Part shown: piece by piece, positions 1 to 19,259 of the stretch
Position numbering within the stretch: the first letter of the stretch is position 1
Layout: each line of letters starts with the position of its first letter
Source of the DNA: the human T2T-CHM13v2.0 reference genome, Homo sapiens
Assembly (NCBI RefSeq): GCF_009914755.1
Contig: NC_060928.1
Length of the DNA: 64,000 nt
Strand: one strand, 5' to 3'
Program-made: the position numbers and the translations under genes
Notes under the pieces: model-generated
The model's input: only the letters and a program-made list of their open reading frames with translations
Database searches by the model: none
Told to the model about the DNA's origin: nothing

Positions 1-949
1 TCCTTCTGAGTTGTAATAAATCCTATATTCATAAATTAGCCTAAAAATGGACTCCACCCTGACCCCAGTGCTTTACTCATTGTTGCTATTCCTTTCCTAT
101 CAACTTTTTGTCATAATAGGTAGTCTGGTAGAAATTCAGTCTCCACAGTTAGTGAAATTTCACACATCTTAATAAGATTGCACAGCTCTTAACCAAATTG
201 CAATCTATGCCTTTACCAAACTGGCTAAAATTTTATGTCTTCCCAAATCACTGGAAAAATCTTTTTTCCTCAAAAGGATCAAGTTTAATCCTGAAAACTC
301 ATGTTATTATCTGAACAACTGAAGTTATCTGCTAACTGTGATCCATTTAAGTGAAGATCAGATCTAATTTTCTTCAAGATCACAAAGGTCTCTGAAAGGA
401 GAGACTAGCCACAGAACTTTATGTTGCTTGACTAACAACCCTCCACTCCCCAAATAGCCAAAGAGGTATCATTCTATGAAATTAGCAAGCTAAAAAAGCA
501 CACAGGTTAATAAAAGCTAACCTTGTAGCTATGTAATCTATGGGAGAAAGAGAGTTGGAGAACGATACCATGTGAGTCACTTAGGTAGTCTTAGGAACCA
601 TTTCTATTTATAAAACATAGGTTGAGCCCAGGAAGTCAAGGCTGCAGTGAGCCATGATCATGCCACTGCACTCCAGCCTGGGTGACAGAGTAAGAGCCTG
701 CCTAAAAAAAATAAAAATAAAACTTCTGACACAAAGTGGTGGTGGGCTGGGGAGGGGGGGGAGGGGGGTGCAGGGAGGAGGTTCCCACCCCAAAAAAATT
801 CTCAGACACCTTTTGAGTGTACTACAATTCAAATCAATTCTGACACTACCTGGAGTTAGCATCAGGTGCTATAAAAGCTCAGTCCCACATGAATGCCCCC
901 AGTTCTGATGCCAATTGTAGGTCCTAGTACTTTTGGCCATCTATAAATC

Positions 950-1990
<1,041 letters not shown>

Positions 1991-2140
1991 AATCAAGGGT
2001 TCCCACAATGTCCTCTTTGAGTTCAATAATTTGCCAGAATGGCTCACAGAACTCAGAAAAACACTTTACTTATATTTACGATTTATTACAAAGGATACAA
2101 CTCAGGAATAGCCGAATATAAAGTATACATAGGGCAAATA

Positions 2141-2975
2141 TGATATTGTGATTATAATAAGATACATATATATCTGGTCTTCATCTTGTTTCCTGCCCCA
2201 GAACTCCTAACACCCTTGGAACCTACAGAATGGTAAGAGTATCTTCTGTATGCTAATGAGATAAATGATGACTAAGGGCCCCTACCTAGCCCTAGGTTGG
2301 GGGCTAAAAGACCATGGCAAGATTAGAGGATTGGGACTTTCCATCCAACCCACTAGCCTCCAGAGAGAGGAGACACACTGAAGGTTGAGTTGATCACTAA
2401 TAGCCAATGATGTAATCAGTCATGCCTACATAACAAAGCTTCCATAAAAACCCAGAAAGACAAGGTTCAGAGAGCTTCCAGGTAGCTGAACACATGGAGG
2501 TTCCTAGAGGGTGCCCAGAGAGGGCATGGAAGCCCCATGCCACTTCCCACATGCTTACTCTATGCATCTCTTCATCTGGCTCTTCATCTGTATCCTTTGT
2601 AATATCCTTCATAATAAATGAAATGGGCAAACATAAGTAAAGTGTTTCCCTGAGTTCTGTGAACCACTCTAGCAAAGTAATGGAACTCGAAGAGGTGGTC
2701 TCAGGAACTTCCGATTTACAGCCTGTAAGAAGTACAAGTGACATACTTGTAACTGGCATCTGAAGTAGGGGGCAGTCTGTGGAACTGAGCCCTCAACCTG
2801 TGGGACCTGACACTATCAACTAAGTGATAATCAGTTTAGTTGTCTGTTATGTATGCTTGCAATTTTTTTTTTCTCTGTTATTATCCTTGCAACTCAACTT
2901 ATGTATGTGAATGAGATGAATGGTGACTAAGGCCCCCTCCCTACCCTTAGGTTGGGGGCTAAAAGATAGTGTCAG
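2141..2975 (+). mobile_element. MER21-family LTR
   Basis: Start tgatattgtgattataataaga and internal motifs (gagagcttccaggtagctgaacac, gtgtttccctgagttctgtga) match recalled MER21 consensus. Confidence 0.7.
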
Positions 2976-3169
2976 ATCTTAGCTATGTTCAGATAAAATG
3001 ACCATTGCCTTGAAACTCTGCTTATCTTTACTAACATTAAGTGTTTTGTTGTTACTTACATTACTGCAACTGCTAGGCTCCTCAGAAATCTTTTGCAAAG
3101 CTAAATGATACTTCAGAACCATCCATGCCTTCAGCAATGAAAAAAATAACGTTGTAACTCAAAAGTCTA

Positions 3170-3497
3170 ACAAACTACAACAGACTGGGTAATTTATAAA
3201 GAACAGAAACTTATTTGGCTGACTGTTCATGGCAGAGGGCAGAGAGAGAGAGAGAGAAGAGGGGGAGAGAGAGAAGAGGGAGAGAGAGAGAGAAGAGGGA
3301 GAGAGAGAGAAAGGGAAAGAGGGCTGACCTCATCCTGTAAAAAAAACCCACTCCCATGATAATGGCCTTAATTCACTAATGAGGGCAGAGCCCTCCTGAC
3401 CTCATCCCCCCTTAAATATCACACCTCTTAACACTGTTGCACTGAGGATTAACTTTCCAACCCATGAGCTTTGGAGGAGACACTCAAACCATAGCCA
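3170..3497 (-). mobile_element. MaLR LTR fragment (MST/MLT1-like) with internal GA-rich expansion (3241-3320)
   Basis: gactgggtaatttataaagaacagaaa ... caaaccatagc motifs typical of MaLR LTRs. Confidence 0.65.
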
Positions 3498-3581
3498 TGG
3501 TTTTTTAAAAAAACAAAAAACGAAAGAGCTTACCAAACCTTCAAGCTTTCATCTGTATTTTAAACTAGCATGAGTGAATAG

Positions 3582-3773
<192 letters not shown>

Positions 3774-3980
3774 TAGTAGAAACGGGGTTTCTCCATGTTG
3801 GTCAGGCTGGTCTCAAACTCCAGACCTCAGGTGATCCGCCCGCCTTGGCCTCCCAAAGTGCTGGCATTACAGGCATGAGCCACCGCATCCAGCAAGAATG
3901 AACATTTAAAAACAACTGCAGGCCAGGCACAGTGGCTCACACCTGTAATCCCAACACTCTGGGAAGCCAAGGCAGGAGCC

Positions 3981-6075
3981 CAGTTACTACAATACATCAC
4001 ATTAACAGAATGAAGACCACATGATCATCTCAATGGACGCAGAAAAAGCATTTGACAAAAATCACACTTTCATTATAAAAGCATTCAACAAACTAGGAAT
4101 AGAAGGAAACTACCTCAACATAATAAAAGCCATATATGAAAAGCCCACAACTATCATGTTAACATCACCACACTTAAAGACTGACAGCTTTTCTCCTAAG
4201 ATCAGATACAAGGGAAAGATGCCCACTCTTTCCACTTCTGTTCAACACAGTACTGGAAGTCCTCACCAGAGAAATTACACAAGAAAAAATAACATATCCA
4301 AATTGGAAAGGAAGAAGTATAATTATCTCTATTCATAGATGATATGTCATATATAGAAAACTCTAAAGAAAAACAACAACAAAAACCTGTTACAACTCAT
4401 AAATGACTTCAGCAAAATTATGGGATACAAAATAAACATGCAAAAATCAGCTGCATTTGCATGTACTAGCAAAGGCTAAGCTAAATAGAAAATTAAGAAA
4501 AGAATCCATTTATAATAGCATCTAAAAAATAAAATACTTAGGAATAAACCTACCTAGGAATACTTAGGCAAAAGACTTGTTTGTACACTGAAAACTATAA
4601 AACATAGCTTAAAAAAAAATTTAAAGACACAGATGAATGGAAAGGCACACTGTGTTCATGGATGGGAACACCTGCAATCCATATCAAAACCCCAAGAGTG
4701 TTTTTTGTAGAAACAGAAAAATTTACCCTAAAATTTATATGGAATCTCAAAGAACTGTAAACCGCCAAGACAGTCTTGAAAAAGAACAAAGTTGGAGGCC
4801 TCACACTTCCTGACCTTAAACAAACTACAAAGCAACAGCAATCAAGACTGTGGTATGGTACTGGTATAAAGACAGACATACAGACCAACGGAACTAGAAA
4901 CAAGAGCCCAAGGCGGGCACGGTGGCTCACGCCTGTAATCCCAGCACTTTGGGAGGCCAAGGCGGGCAGATCACAAGGTCAGGAGATCGAGACCATCCTG
5001 GCTAACACGGTGAAACCCCGTCTCTATTAAAAATACAAAAAATTAGCCAGCTGTGGTGGCATGCGCCTGTAGTCCCAGCTACTCGGGAGGCTGAGGCAGG
5101 AGAATCCCCTTGAACCCAGGAGGTGGAGCTTGCAGTGAGGTGAGATAGCGCCACTGCAGTCTGGCCTGGACAAAAGAGTGAGACTCCATCTCAAAAAAAA
5201 AAGAAACAAGAGACCATATAAATAAACCCACAAATTATGTTCAGAAAACATATCCGAAATATGTTTTCCAAAATATACAAAAACATGTATATTTTTATAT
5301 ACACCATATACAAAAATTAACTCAAAATGGATTAAACAACTGAATATAAGACCTTAAACTATAGAACTTCTGAAAGACAATACAGGAGAAAAGCTTGAGG
5401 ACACTGGATTCAGCAATGATTTCTTGGATATGATATCAAAAGCTGTTTTGCAACCAAAGCAAAAGTAGACAAATAGGACTAAATCAAATTTTAAAACTTT
5501 TGCACATCAAAGGAAATGATCAAAAGAGTGAAAAGGCAACCTATGAAGTGGGAAAAAAATATTTACAAATCATACATGAAATAAGGGGTTAGTATCCAGA
5601 ATACAGAAATAACTCCTACAACTCAATAACAAAATAACCCGGTTAAAAAATGGGCAAGACTTGAATAGATATTTCTCCAAACTATGTACAAATGGTCAAA
5701 AAGTGTATGAAAAGATGCTCAACATCACTAATCATTAGTAAATCCTGACACATACTACAACATGGATGAACCTTGAAGACATTATGCTAAGTGAAACAAC
5801 CCAGTCAGAAAAGGAAAAATAAATACTGTATGATTTCACTTGTTTGAGGTCTCAAGAGTTAGTTAAACTCATAGAAACAGAAAGTAGATTGCTGGATGCC
5901 AGGACCCAGGGTGGGAGGGGAGTATGGGAAATTGTCATTTATTCAGTATAGAGTGTTTTACAATATGAAAGAGCTCTGGAGATAATTTATGTAACGAGGT
6001 GAATATACTTCACACTAATGAAGTGAAAAATGACTGACTAAATTTTAGGAATATTTTATCATAATTTCAAAACAA
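3981..6075 (+). mobile_element. Old L1M (ORF2 RT region to 3' end), interrupted by an Alu at ~4911-5200
   Basis: ORF fragments [13 protein letters not shown] and KNKVGGLTLPD are L1 ORF2p; many frameshifts and stops. Confidence 0.85.
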
Positions 6076-7376
6076 TTTTTAATAAAATAAAATGTGGCTA
6101 TAAAGTGATTATACTGAATTTTTTCGCACACATAGAAGAATTTGCAAATTCATGTGTCACCATTCTCAACAGTCACACTGCAACTACAAAAACAAAAACA
6201 AAAGAAGATCCCCAAAATGGTCCATTATTCAAAACATGTCTGAAATACATCTTTGGTACTAATTTAACCAATTTCTTTACTTTCTAATTTAATTAATTTA
6301 AAAAAAACTGAACTTACCAAATTTGAATAATGACATTATAAAAAGGCCTCCACAAAATTTCTGGCTATTTACCAAAAAATAAAAAATAATAAATAAAACC
6401 ACCTTTGCCACTGCTGTTTCTCCTAATCAATGTATTGTTATGAAGGCAATTTCAAAAACAAACTTTTTGATAAAAATCACTCAATTAGCTGAGATCACGC
6501 CGCTGCACTCCAGCCTGGCGACAGGGCGAGACTCCATCTCAAACAAAAAAAAAAAATCACTTAATTATCAAAACTTACCTAATTGTACACATAGGATTTC
6601 ATCAGTATGTATACTTTAAAACCTATGAACCTATAAGCAGTGGCACATGCCTGTAACCCTAGCTACTCAGGAGGCTGAAGTGGAAAAATCACTTGAGCCC
6701 AGGAGTTCAAGACCAGCCTGGGCAGCACAGTGAGAACCACCACAACCCCACCCTATCCCCACCCCATCCCACCAGACCCCATTCTACCCTACCCCGTGTC
6801 TAAAAAAAAAAAACGAAAAAACAAAAAAAAAAATCTATAAACTAATACTGAACTCTCGTTGGTAGTTTTGCTTTCCACAGTAGTATGTGTTACCAAGTTT
6901 GAAACAATGTTATGTGGATTCTCCCTATGAGCAAATGAGTAAGTATATTCATGTTAGTGAGAGCCAGGCTGTTATTGCTGGAGAAAGAATATAAATATGA
7001 AAAAAGGGAACACTATAATGTACCATGTGATAGTGGATTAGAACTGAAGGTATCAGTATTCACTCATGATTTTATATAAATAGATAAATTAAAAATACCT
7101 GTATGTGTGATTGTGCACACATATATGGATTCATGCGTGTGTACATGCACACAAAAACACACACATCCTCTTCCTAGCCTTTTCAACTCAGAGAGCCTAA
7201 AAGCAATGACCAGTAGCAATAAGCATACAGACCTATCATTAAGATCTTGGTTTCAGCCGGGCATGGTGGCTCATGCCTATAATCCCAGCACTTTGGGAGG
7301 TCAAGGGGGTGTGGATCACTTGAGGTCAGGCGTTCAAAACCAGCCTGACCAACATGGTGAAACCCCGTCTCTACTA

Positions 7377-7529
<153 letters not shown>

Positions 7530-7939
7530 TTAAAAAAAAAAAATATATATATATATATCTTGGTTTCAAAATATGGTTCTCCACTAAAAGGAACCAAAAG
7601 GAACCAGAGTCCCTTGGAGAAAGACTAATCCTAAGGCTGGTGTTGAGAAAAATTCAAGATGAAAGTAAAACATCTGGTTGCACCAAAGTAAGAACATGCT
7701 TAAAGAATTATGGGAACGTGTCAAAAAGACACAGGAACTAGTTTAGAGGACCTCCCACTGGCCAAACCAGCGATGATTTTAGCAGCAAATGAAGTCACAC
7801 GTCCTGAAAAGTAATGCTTGAGGAGCATACAGTGATCTTGACTTATTTTTACAGTTAAGCGATTAAAGAACTTAAGGAATTTACATAAAATCTGACCTCA
7901 AAAAAAAAACAAAGCCAAAAGTTATTATTTTGTGTTTTA

Positions 7940-8734
<795 letters not shown>

Positions 8735-10754
8735 CTAGCCCCCCATTCTTTAGATCACTATAGAAAGGATTACAAATACTCATTTAATATACAAAAAACT
8801 AGGAAAACTCTACCAGATTTACTTAGGGAAAAACTGAAATTTGAATACTCAATTAACCAGTAGCATAATGGAGACATTTGAGAGCTCCATTATTGACTCT
8901 GAGACTATCAGTATGATAATGTTTTTAATGCCATCACTAGGTCTCTCCATATCCCCAAATTGGGGTGTTGGTGGAGTACTGCAGGGGACTCTATCATCTT
9001 TGGTAATAAAGGCTAACAACAACAAAGATAAAATTCAGGGATAAATATCAAACCTCACTTTAGCTTAAAGGGACATTCTTTAAGAGAAATGTCCAAAAGA
9101 ACAAGGTAACATTCAACAGAATCGTATCAGTTATATTTGTTAACTGTAAGTATTTTAGACATTCTTGCATGTCTAGGAACTTCAAAGTATAAGGAAGAAC
9201 CAAGTCCTACAATAAAGACCATATGATACTCCCTTCATATATGGGAAAACTTTTGTTTGTTTTGTCTTTTGAGACAAGATCTCACTCTGTCACCCAGGCT
9301 GGGATGCAGTGGTGTAACATGGTCCCCTGCAGCCTCCAACTCCTGGGCTCAAGTGATCCTCCTGCCTCAGTCTCCCAAGTAGCTGAGACTACGGATACAT
9401 GCCACCAGGCCCAGCTATTTTTTTTTTTTTAAATAGAGATGAGGTCTTGCTATTTTACCCAGGCTGGTCTTGAACTCCTGGGCTCAAGTGTTCCTCTTGC
9501 CTCAGCCTTCCAATGTGTTGGGATTACAGGCGTGAGCCACTGTGCCTGGCCTACATGTGGTAAAATTTTAAAATGTAAATGTATAATCGCAATTCCTTCT
9601 CATTAACCCTGGAACCAGTTGAAAATACAAATTGTTATACTTTTTTGGGTTTTTTGGAGACAGTGTCTTGCTTTGTTGCCTAGGCGGGAGTGCAGTGGTA
9701 TGATCACTGTGGCCTCAATCTCAGGGCTCAAGCTATCCTCCCCACCTCAGCCTCCAGAATAGCTGGGACTACAGGCGCTCACCATCATGCCTGAATTTTT
9801 AAATATTTTTAGTAGAGACCAGGCTGGTCTCAAACTCCTGAACTCCAGCAATCCTCCTACCTCAGCAGGAGGATACCAAAGTGCTAGGATTACAGGCATA
9901 AGCCACTGAGCCCAGCCATAAATTGCTATTCTTATGCTTAAACATGTAAATGTCCTTTCTCTAAGAAGGTTTAAAAAACAAAAGATCATCTGTCTAAGTT
10001 ACTACAGGTATAAGAGAGTTAGAATAAACACAAGTAAAAAATGTCATTCACTGAGTGCCAGTCACTGTGGTCGGCATTTTATACCCACTATCTCTAAGAA
10101 TCCCTATAACAGTGCTGCAAGATAAATGGTATCATCCCGTTTTTATATATGATACAACAAAAGCTCTGAGAAACAAGTGGCAAGGATGGCCAGGAAGGAA
10201 TGAGTAAGTAGCAGAGACAAGAACTGAATCCAAATCTACCTAACTCCAAAAACAACATACTGGCTACAACAATATACTGATTCCAGGCCTTTATGACCTT
10301 GCCAAATTAGATCCTTGATTAAGAAACTAAACAGAAATAGATGTATTAACTTCCAGTTTAAGAAGGGTAGAGTTTTTCTGTGTGTGTGCGTGTGTGTGTG
10401 TGTCAGGATGTCCCTCTGTTGCCCAGGCTGGAGTGCAGTGTTATAATCTTGGCTCACTGCAGGCTCAGCCTCCTGGACTCAAGCGATCCTTCTTCCTCAG
10501 TGCCCCAAGTAGCTGGGACTACAAGCACTTGCCACCATCCCCAGCTAAATTTTTTCATTTTGTAGAAATGAGGTCTTGCAGCCGGGCACGGTGGCTCACA
10601 CCTGTAATGCCAGCACTTTGGGAGGCTGAAGTGGATGGATCAAGAGGTCAGGAGATCGAGACCATCCTGGCTAACACAGTGAAACCATGTCTCTACTAAA
10701 AATACAAAAAATTAGCTGGGCGTGGTGGCATGCACCTGTAGTCCCATATACTCA

Positions 10755-10934
<180 letters not shown>

Positions 10935-11428
10935 TTAAACTCCTGGCCTCAAGCAATCCTCCCACCTGGGCCTCCCAAAGTACTAGGGTTACAGGTGTCA
11001 GCCACCATACCCAGCCTAAAAAGGGTAGTTTTTCTATATAATTCAACTACTTTAAACTTACTGAAACCCATCGAATCACTGTAAAAAAAATTTCCATACA
11101 AAAAAAAAAATCTTTATACAGAACTTCCCTAGGGAAGTTCAGATTCATGAACTCTCTAAAACTGAAAAATTTTGTGCTTATATGAGTGTGTACATTTTTA
11201 TGATGCAGGGCTCCACAGACGTTATCGGCTTCTCTAAGGAGTAAGAACTCCTGCACTAAAAGCAATACTTTTCCAGTACTTTCCATGAAATAATGGAGCA
11301 GGATTTCTTTCATCTACTGATAACTAGAAAAATCGGCCGGGCGCAGTGGCTCACGCCCGTAATCCCAGCACTTTGGGAGGCCGAGGTGGGTGGATCACGA
11401 GGTCAGAAGATCGAGACCATCCTGGCTA

Positions 11429-11641
<213 letters not shown>

Positions 11642-11882
11642 TCAGAGCTGAAGAAATAATGATAGGTTTTTCAAATGCTATGCAACAGAGTTGTGTTTGT
11701 CTCTCTTAACCACAAATATTACCTATTTCAAATTTCTTTTGAAAAAAAATGAAGTTCTGAAAGATTTAACCAACCTCCTTTGACTGAAACCTTCATATCC
11801 AAAGTAATTTTTTTTTTGCCACTGACTTGAATACTTAGAAGATTAAAGCAAGAGGTTAAAAAAAAAAATGGACAAGACCTAC

Positions 11883-12066
11883 CTGCAAGGTCCTGTACGG
11901 GGTAGACAGCCTGTTCCCAACATGTTTCCTCACTAGGACTTGTGGATAAACTATGTTCATCATCAAGCTGGAGCACAAACCAAACCATAATAGCATCTAG
12001 TATGCCTTCTTTAATAACAGGAATACCAATCTTATCAGGCTTTTTAGTTGCAAGACTTTTTAATTC
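11883..12066 (-). CDS. PRMT9: PRMT9 exon 8 (ELKSLATKK...[14 protein letters not shown]; THW-loop equivalent TCW)
   Basis: ORF 11728..11988 plus upstream frame; acceptor tttttctcag|GAA, donor GCAG|gtaggt; 184 nt. Confidence 0.95.
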
Positions 12067-12394
12067 CTGAGAAAAATGTAGAAGGAATGAAACGGTTTTA
12101 TATATTTCATATATACTTGCCTCAGTATCTTACCATTTTCCATCTCTGGAGTTCTTAGTCCTGCCCAGCTCCCTTAGGGATTCAGTATCTTGGCACACCT
12201 ATAACCATGTAAGGCCCACTGGTTGGGAAGCTCTGACCTATTTTATTGGAATACCATGCAGCTATTATTAAAAAGAATGAAGCAGATATATATTGCTGAT
12301 ATGGAAAGAAGTCCATAATATATTGTTGAATTGAAAAGGTTAAGTGACAAAGCAGTGGAGATTGTTTTGTTTAGAAAATAGAGGGGGATGGAGG

Positions 12395-12487
12395 GGGGTA
12401 GAGAGAGAGAGGGAGTAGTGAGAGAGAGCGTGTGTTTAAGAGAGAGAGTGAGAAAGAGAGAGAGTGAGTGTGTATGTGTGTGTGTGT
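12395..12487. repeat. Compound (GA)n/(GT)n microsatellite
   Basis: Read directly from the sequence. Confidence 0.85.
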
Positions 12488-12904
12488 ACAGAAAAGAAAG
12501 TCTGGAAAGATGTACTTCAAACTAGTGACCTGGGGAAAGGGTTGAGATTTTAAAAAGGAAGAAAAATACTAGGACTTTTTCCTTTCTATCCTGTATTGCT
12601 TGAAAGTCTTAAACAGGCAGGCATGACTTTTGAAATTAAAACCTTAGTAAGATTTGTGTGTGGCTAAGAAAAATTAAAATTTTAAAAAGCCTTAAAATAA
12701 TAAAAGGATAGTTCGGGGGTAAATGGCAGCTACAAACGTGTTACTTGCTATTGAAAGTCGTAACAGGTAAGGAATGCTCTTGAAGCTCAGAAAGCTCAGC
12801 CTCAGTAAGCAAGGCCAAATTGTTAAATTAGTTCCAGATCTCCTCAAGAACAATGTGGTAACAAATAATAAAGGAAAGCTTCTATTAAATTATAAAAATC
12901 TTAG

Positions 12905-13520
<616 letters not shown>

Positions 13521-14411
13521 ATCTTAGGCTAAAATTACCCTCACAGAGTCTTCTATCTCCAAACAGGTTTCACTTACAACATTTATGTACTTGAACATTT
13601 AACCTTACCTATTAAAGATCTTTAGAGAATTCTATGTAACCTTTCCAATTTCTTTGGGCACTTTCTTTTCTTTTTTTTTTTTTTTTTTTGAGACGGAGTT
13701 TCGCTCTTGTTGCTCAGGCTGGGGTGCAATGGCGCAATTTTGGCTCATGCAAACTCCGCCTCCTGGGTTCAAGCAATTCTCCTATCTCAGCCTCCCAAGT
13801 AGCTGGGATTAGAGGCACCCGCCACCACACCCAGCTAATTTTTTGTATTTTTTTAGTAGAGACAGGGTTTCACCATGTTGGCTAGGCTGGTCCTGAACTC
13901 CTGACCTCAGGTAATCCACCTGCCTCGGCCTCCCAAAGTGCTGGGAGGACAGGCATGAGCCACCTCGCCTGGCTGGGCACTTTCTTTATACAGAACATCC
14001 TCACGCCATTCACTAACACACACACTAGAGTGATAAGCTTCTCTTGCTTTTCCTAGGAATGTCTTAGTTTCAAAATAGAAAGTCTCAAGTCTTGGAACCC
14101 CCTTCAGTCCTGGACAAACCATGAAGGCTGGTCACCATAATGCACATACAACCTAGAGATTTGGATTATTGTTCATTTTGTTAATTTGAAATGGCAGCAT
14201 GATATAGAGATAAGTCAGAAAGACCTAGGTTAGAATTCCTGCCCCTGTATTCACATATTGAATAACTTGGGGGGAAATTATTTAATGTGAGCAACAATTT
14301 CCTCATCTGTGTAACACAAGGATAATTATAATTGTATGGCAGTATGTCATAAGAGCTGCCTAAGAACACAAGTGAAAGCACCTGGCACCCTATATATTCC
14401 CAACAATCTTA

Positions 14412-14795
<384 letters not shown>

Positions 14796-14822
14796 CTAAT
14801 TACCCTTTAATCATTTTCTTTA

Positions 14823-15176
<354 letters not shown>

Positions 15177-15179
15177 TTA

Positions 15180-16610
<1,431 letters not shown>

Positions 16611-16676
16611 TTGGGCCAGGCATGGTGGTTTACACCTGTAATCCCAGTACTTTGGGAGGCCAAGGTGGGAGGATCA

Positions 16677-16922
<246 letters not shown>

Positions 16923-16950
16923 TTACAATGAAAATTTAAACATTTTGTAA

Positions 16951-17308
<358 letters not shown>

Positions 17309-18715
17309 TAGCCAGGATGGTCTCGATCTCCTGGCCTCATGATCCGCCCGCCTCAGCCTCCCAAAGTGCTGAGATTACAGGCATGAACCACCGCGCCCAG
17401 CCTACTATGATTTCAATAACTCAAAATTAAAAGTCACAAGTTGAAACAAAAAAGATGTGACAATTTTTTGTGTGTGAGACAAGGTCTCATGCTGTCGCCC
17501 AGGCTGGAGTACAAAGGTGTGATCTTGGCTCACTGCAACAACCTCCATCTACCAGGCTCAAGCAATTCTCCTATCTCCACTTCCTGAGTAGCTGGGACTA
17601 CAGGTGCATGCCACCACGCCCAGCTAATTTTTGTATTTTTTATAGAGACAGGGTTTCGCTGTGTTGCCCAGGCTGCTCTCAAACTCCTGAGCTCAGGCCA
17701 TCTGCCCACCTTTGCCTCCCAAAGTCATGGTATTAAAGGCGTGAGTCACTGCGCCCAGCCAGACAATTTCTTGCTAATGTATTATAAACTACGTGAATAT
17801 ATATTGTCAAAACTTCAAGCCATATGGTAAAAAGTCCACCTTCACAGTACTCGTCCTCTCATTTCTTCACTGTTAAAAGTTTAATGTGTATCCTTCCATA
17901 CCTTTTTTTAATATTTGTATATAACACTCTATTTGTACATTACTGAAACATTCTGTATCATTTGTGAGTAGGTTATATTCATCATGCCTATTTATCTCTC
18001 AAAAGATACTTGTGTATCTTTATTAAAAATGAGAATATTCTCTTAATCACAGCAATCAAATTCAGTATTATCTAACCTACAGTTCATATTCTGTATTTGT
18101 CAACTGAATCAAAAATCAATAATGCAGGCAGGGCACAGTGGCTCATGCCTGTAATCCAAGCACTTTAGGAGGCTAAGGCAGAAGGATCCCTTGAGTCCAG
18201 GAGTTCAACACAGCAAGACAGCAAGACCCTGTCTCTATAAAACTTTAAAAAATTAAGCAGACATAGTGGTGCACACCTGTGGTTGGCAGCTCCTCAGGAG
18301 GCTGAAGTAGGAGGATCACTTGAGCTTGGGAGGTCAAGACTGCAGTGAGCCATGATTGAGCCACTGTGCTCCAACCAGGGCAACACAGCAAGATCAAAAT
18401 ATACATATATAGTTTTTTTCCCCAATACAGGTCATAGTTTCAATTTAGCTGTCCTGTCTCTTTAATCTCCTTTCATCTTAAACAGTTCTTCATCTTTGCT
18501 TTGTCTCTCATGTCACTGACATTTTTTAAGAAGGTAGGCCAATTGTTTTACAGAATGGTCCCAACTAGGGTTTGTCCAAGGTTTTCTCACAATTAGATTG
18601 CAGGCTGTACATTTTGGATGTGGTACTATATAAGCAATGCATCCTCAAAGCATCAAATCTGGAGCAATCTTACTGTTGATGTTAGCTTTAATCACTTGGT
18701 TAAGATGTTGTGTGG

Positions 18716-19259
<544 letters not shown>

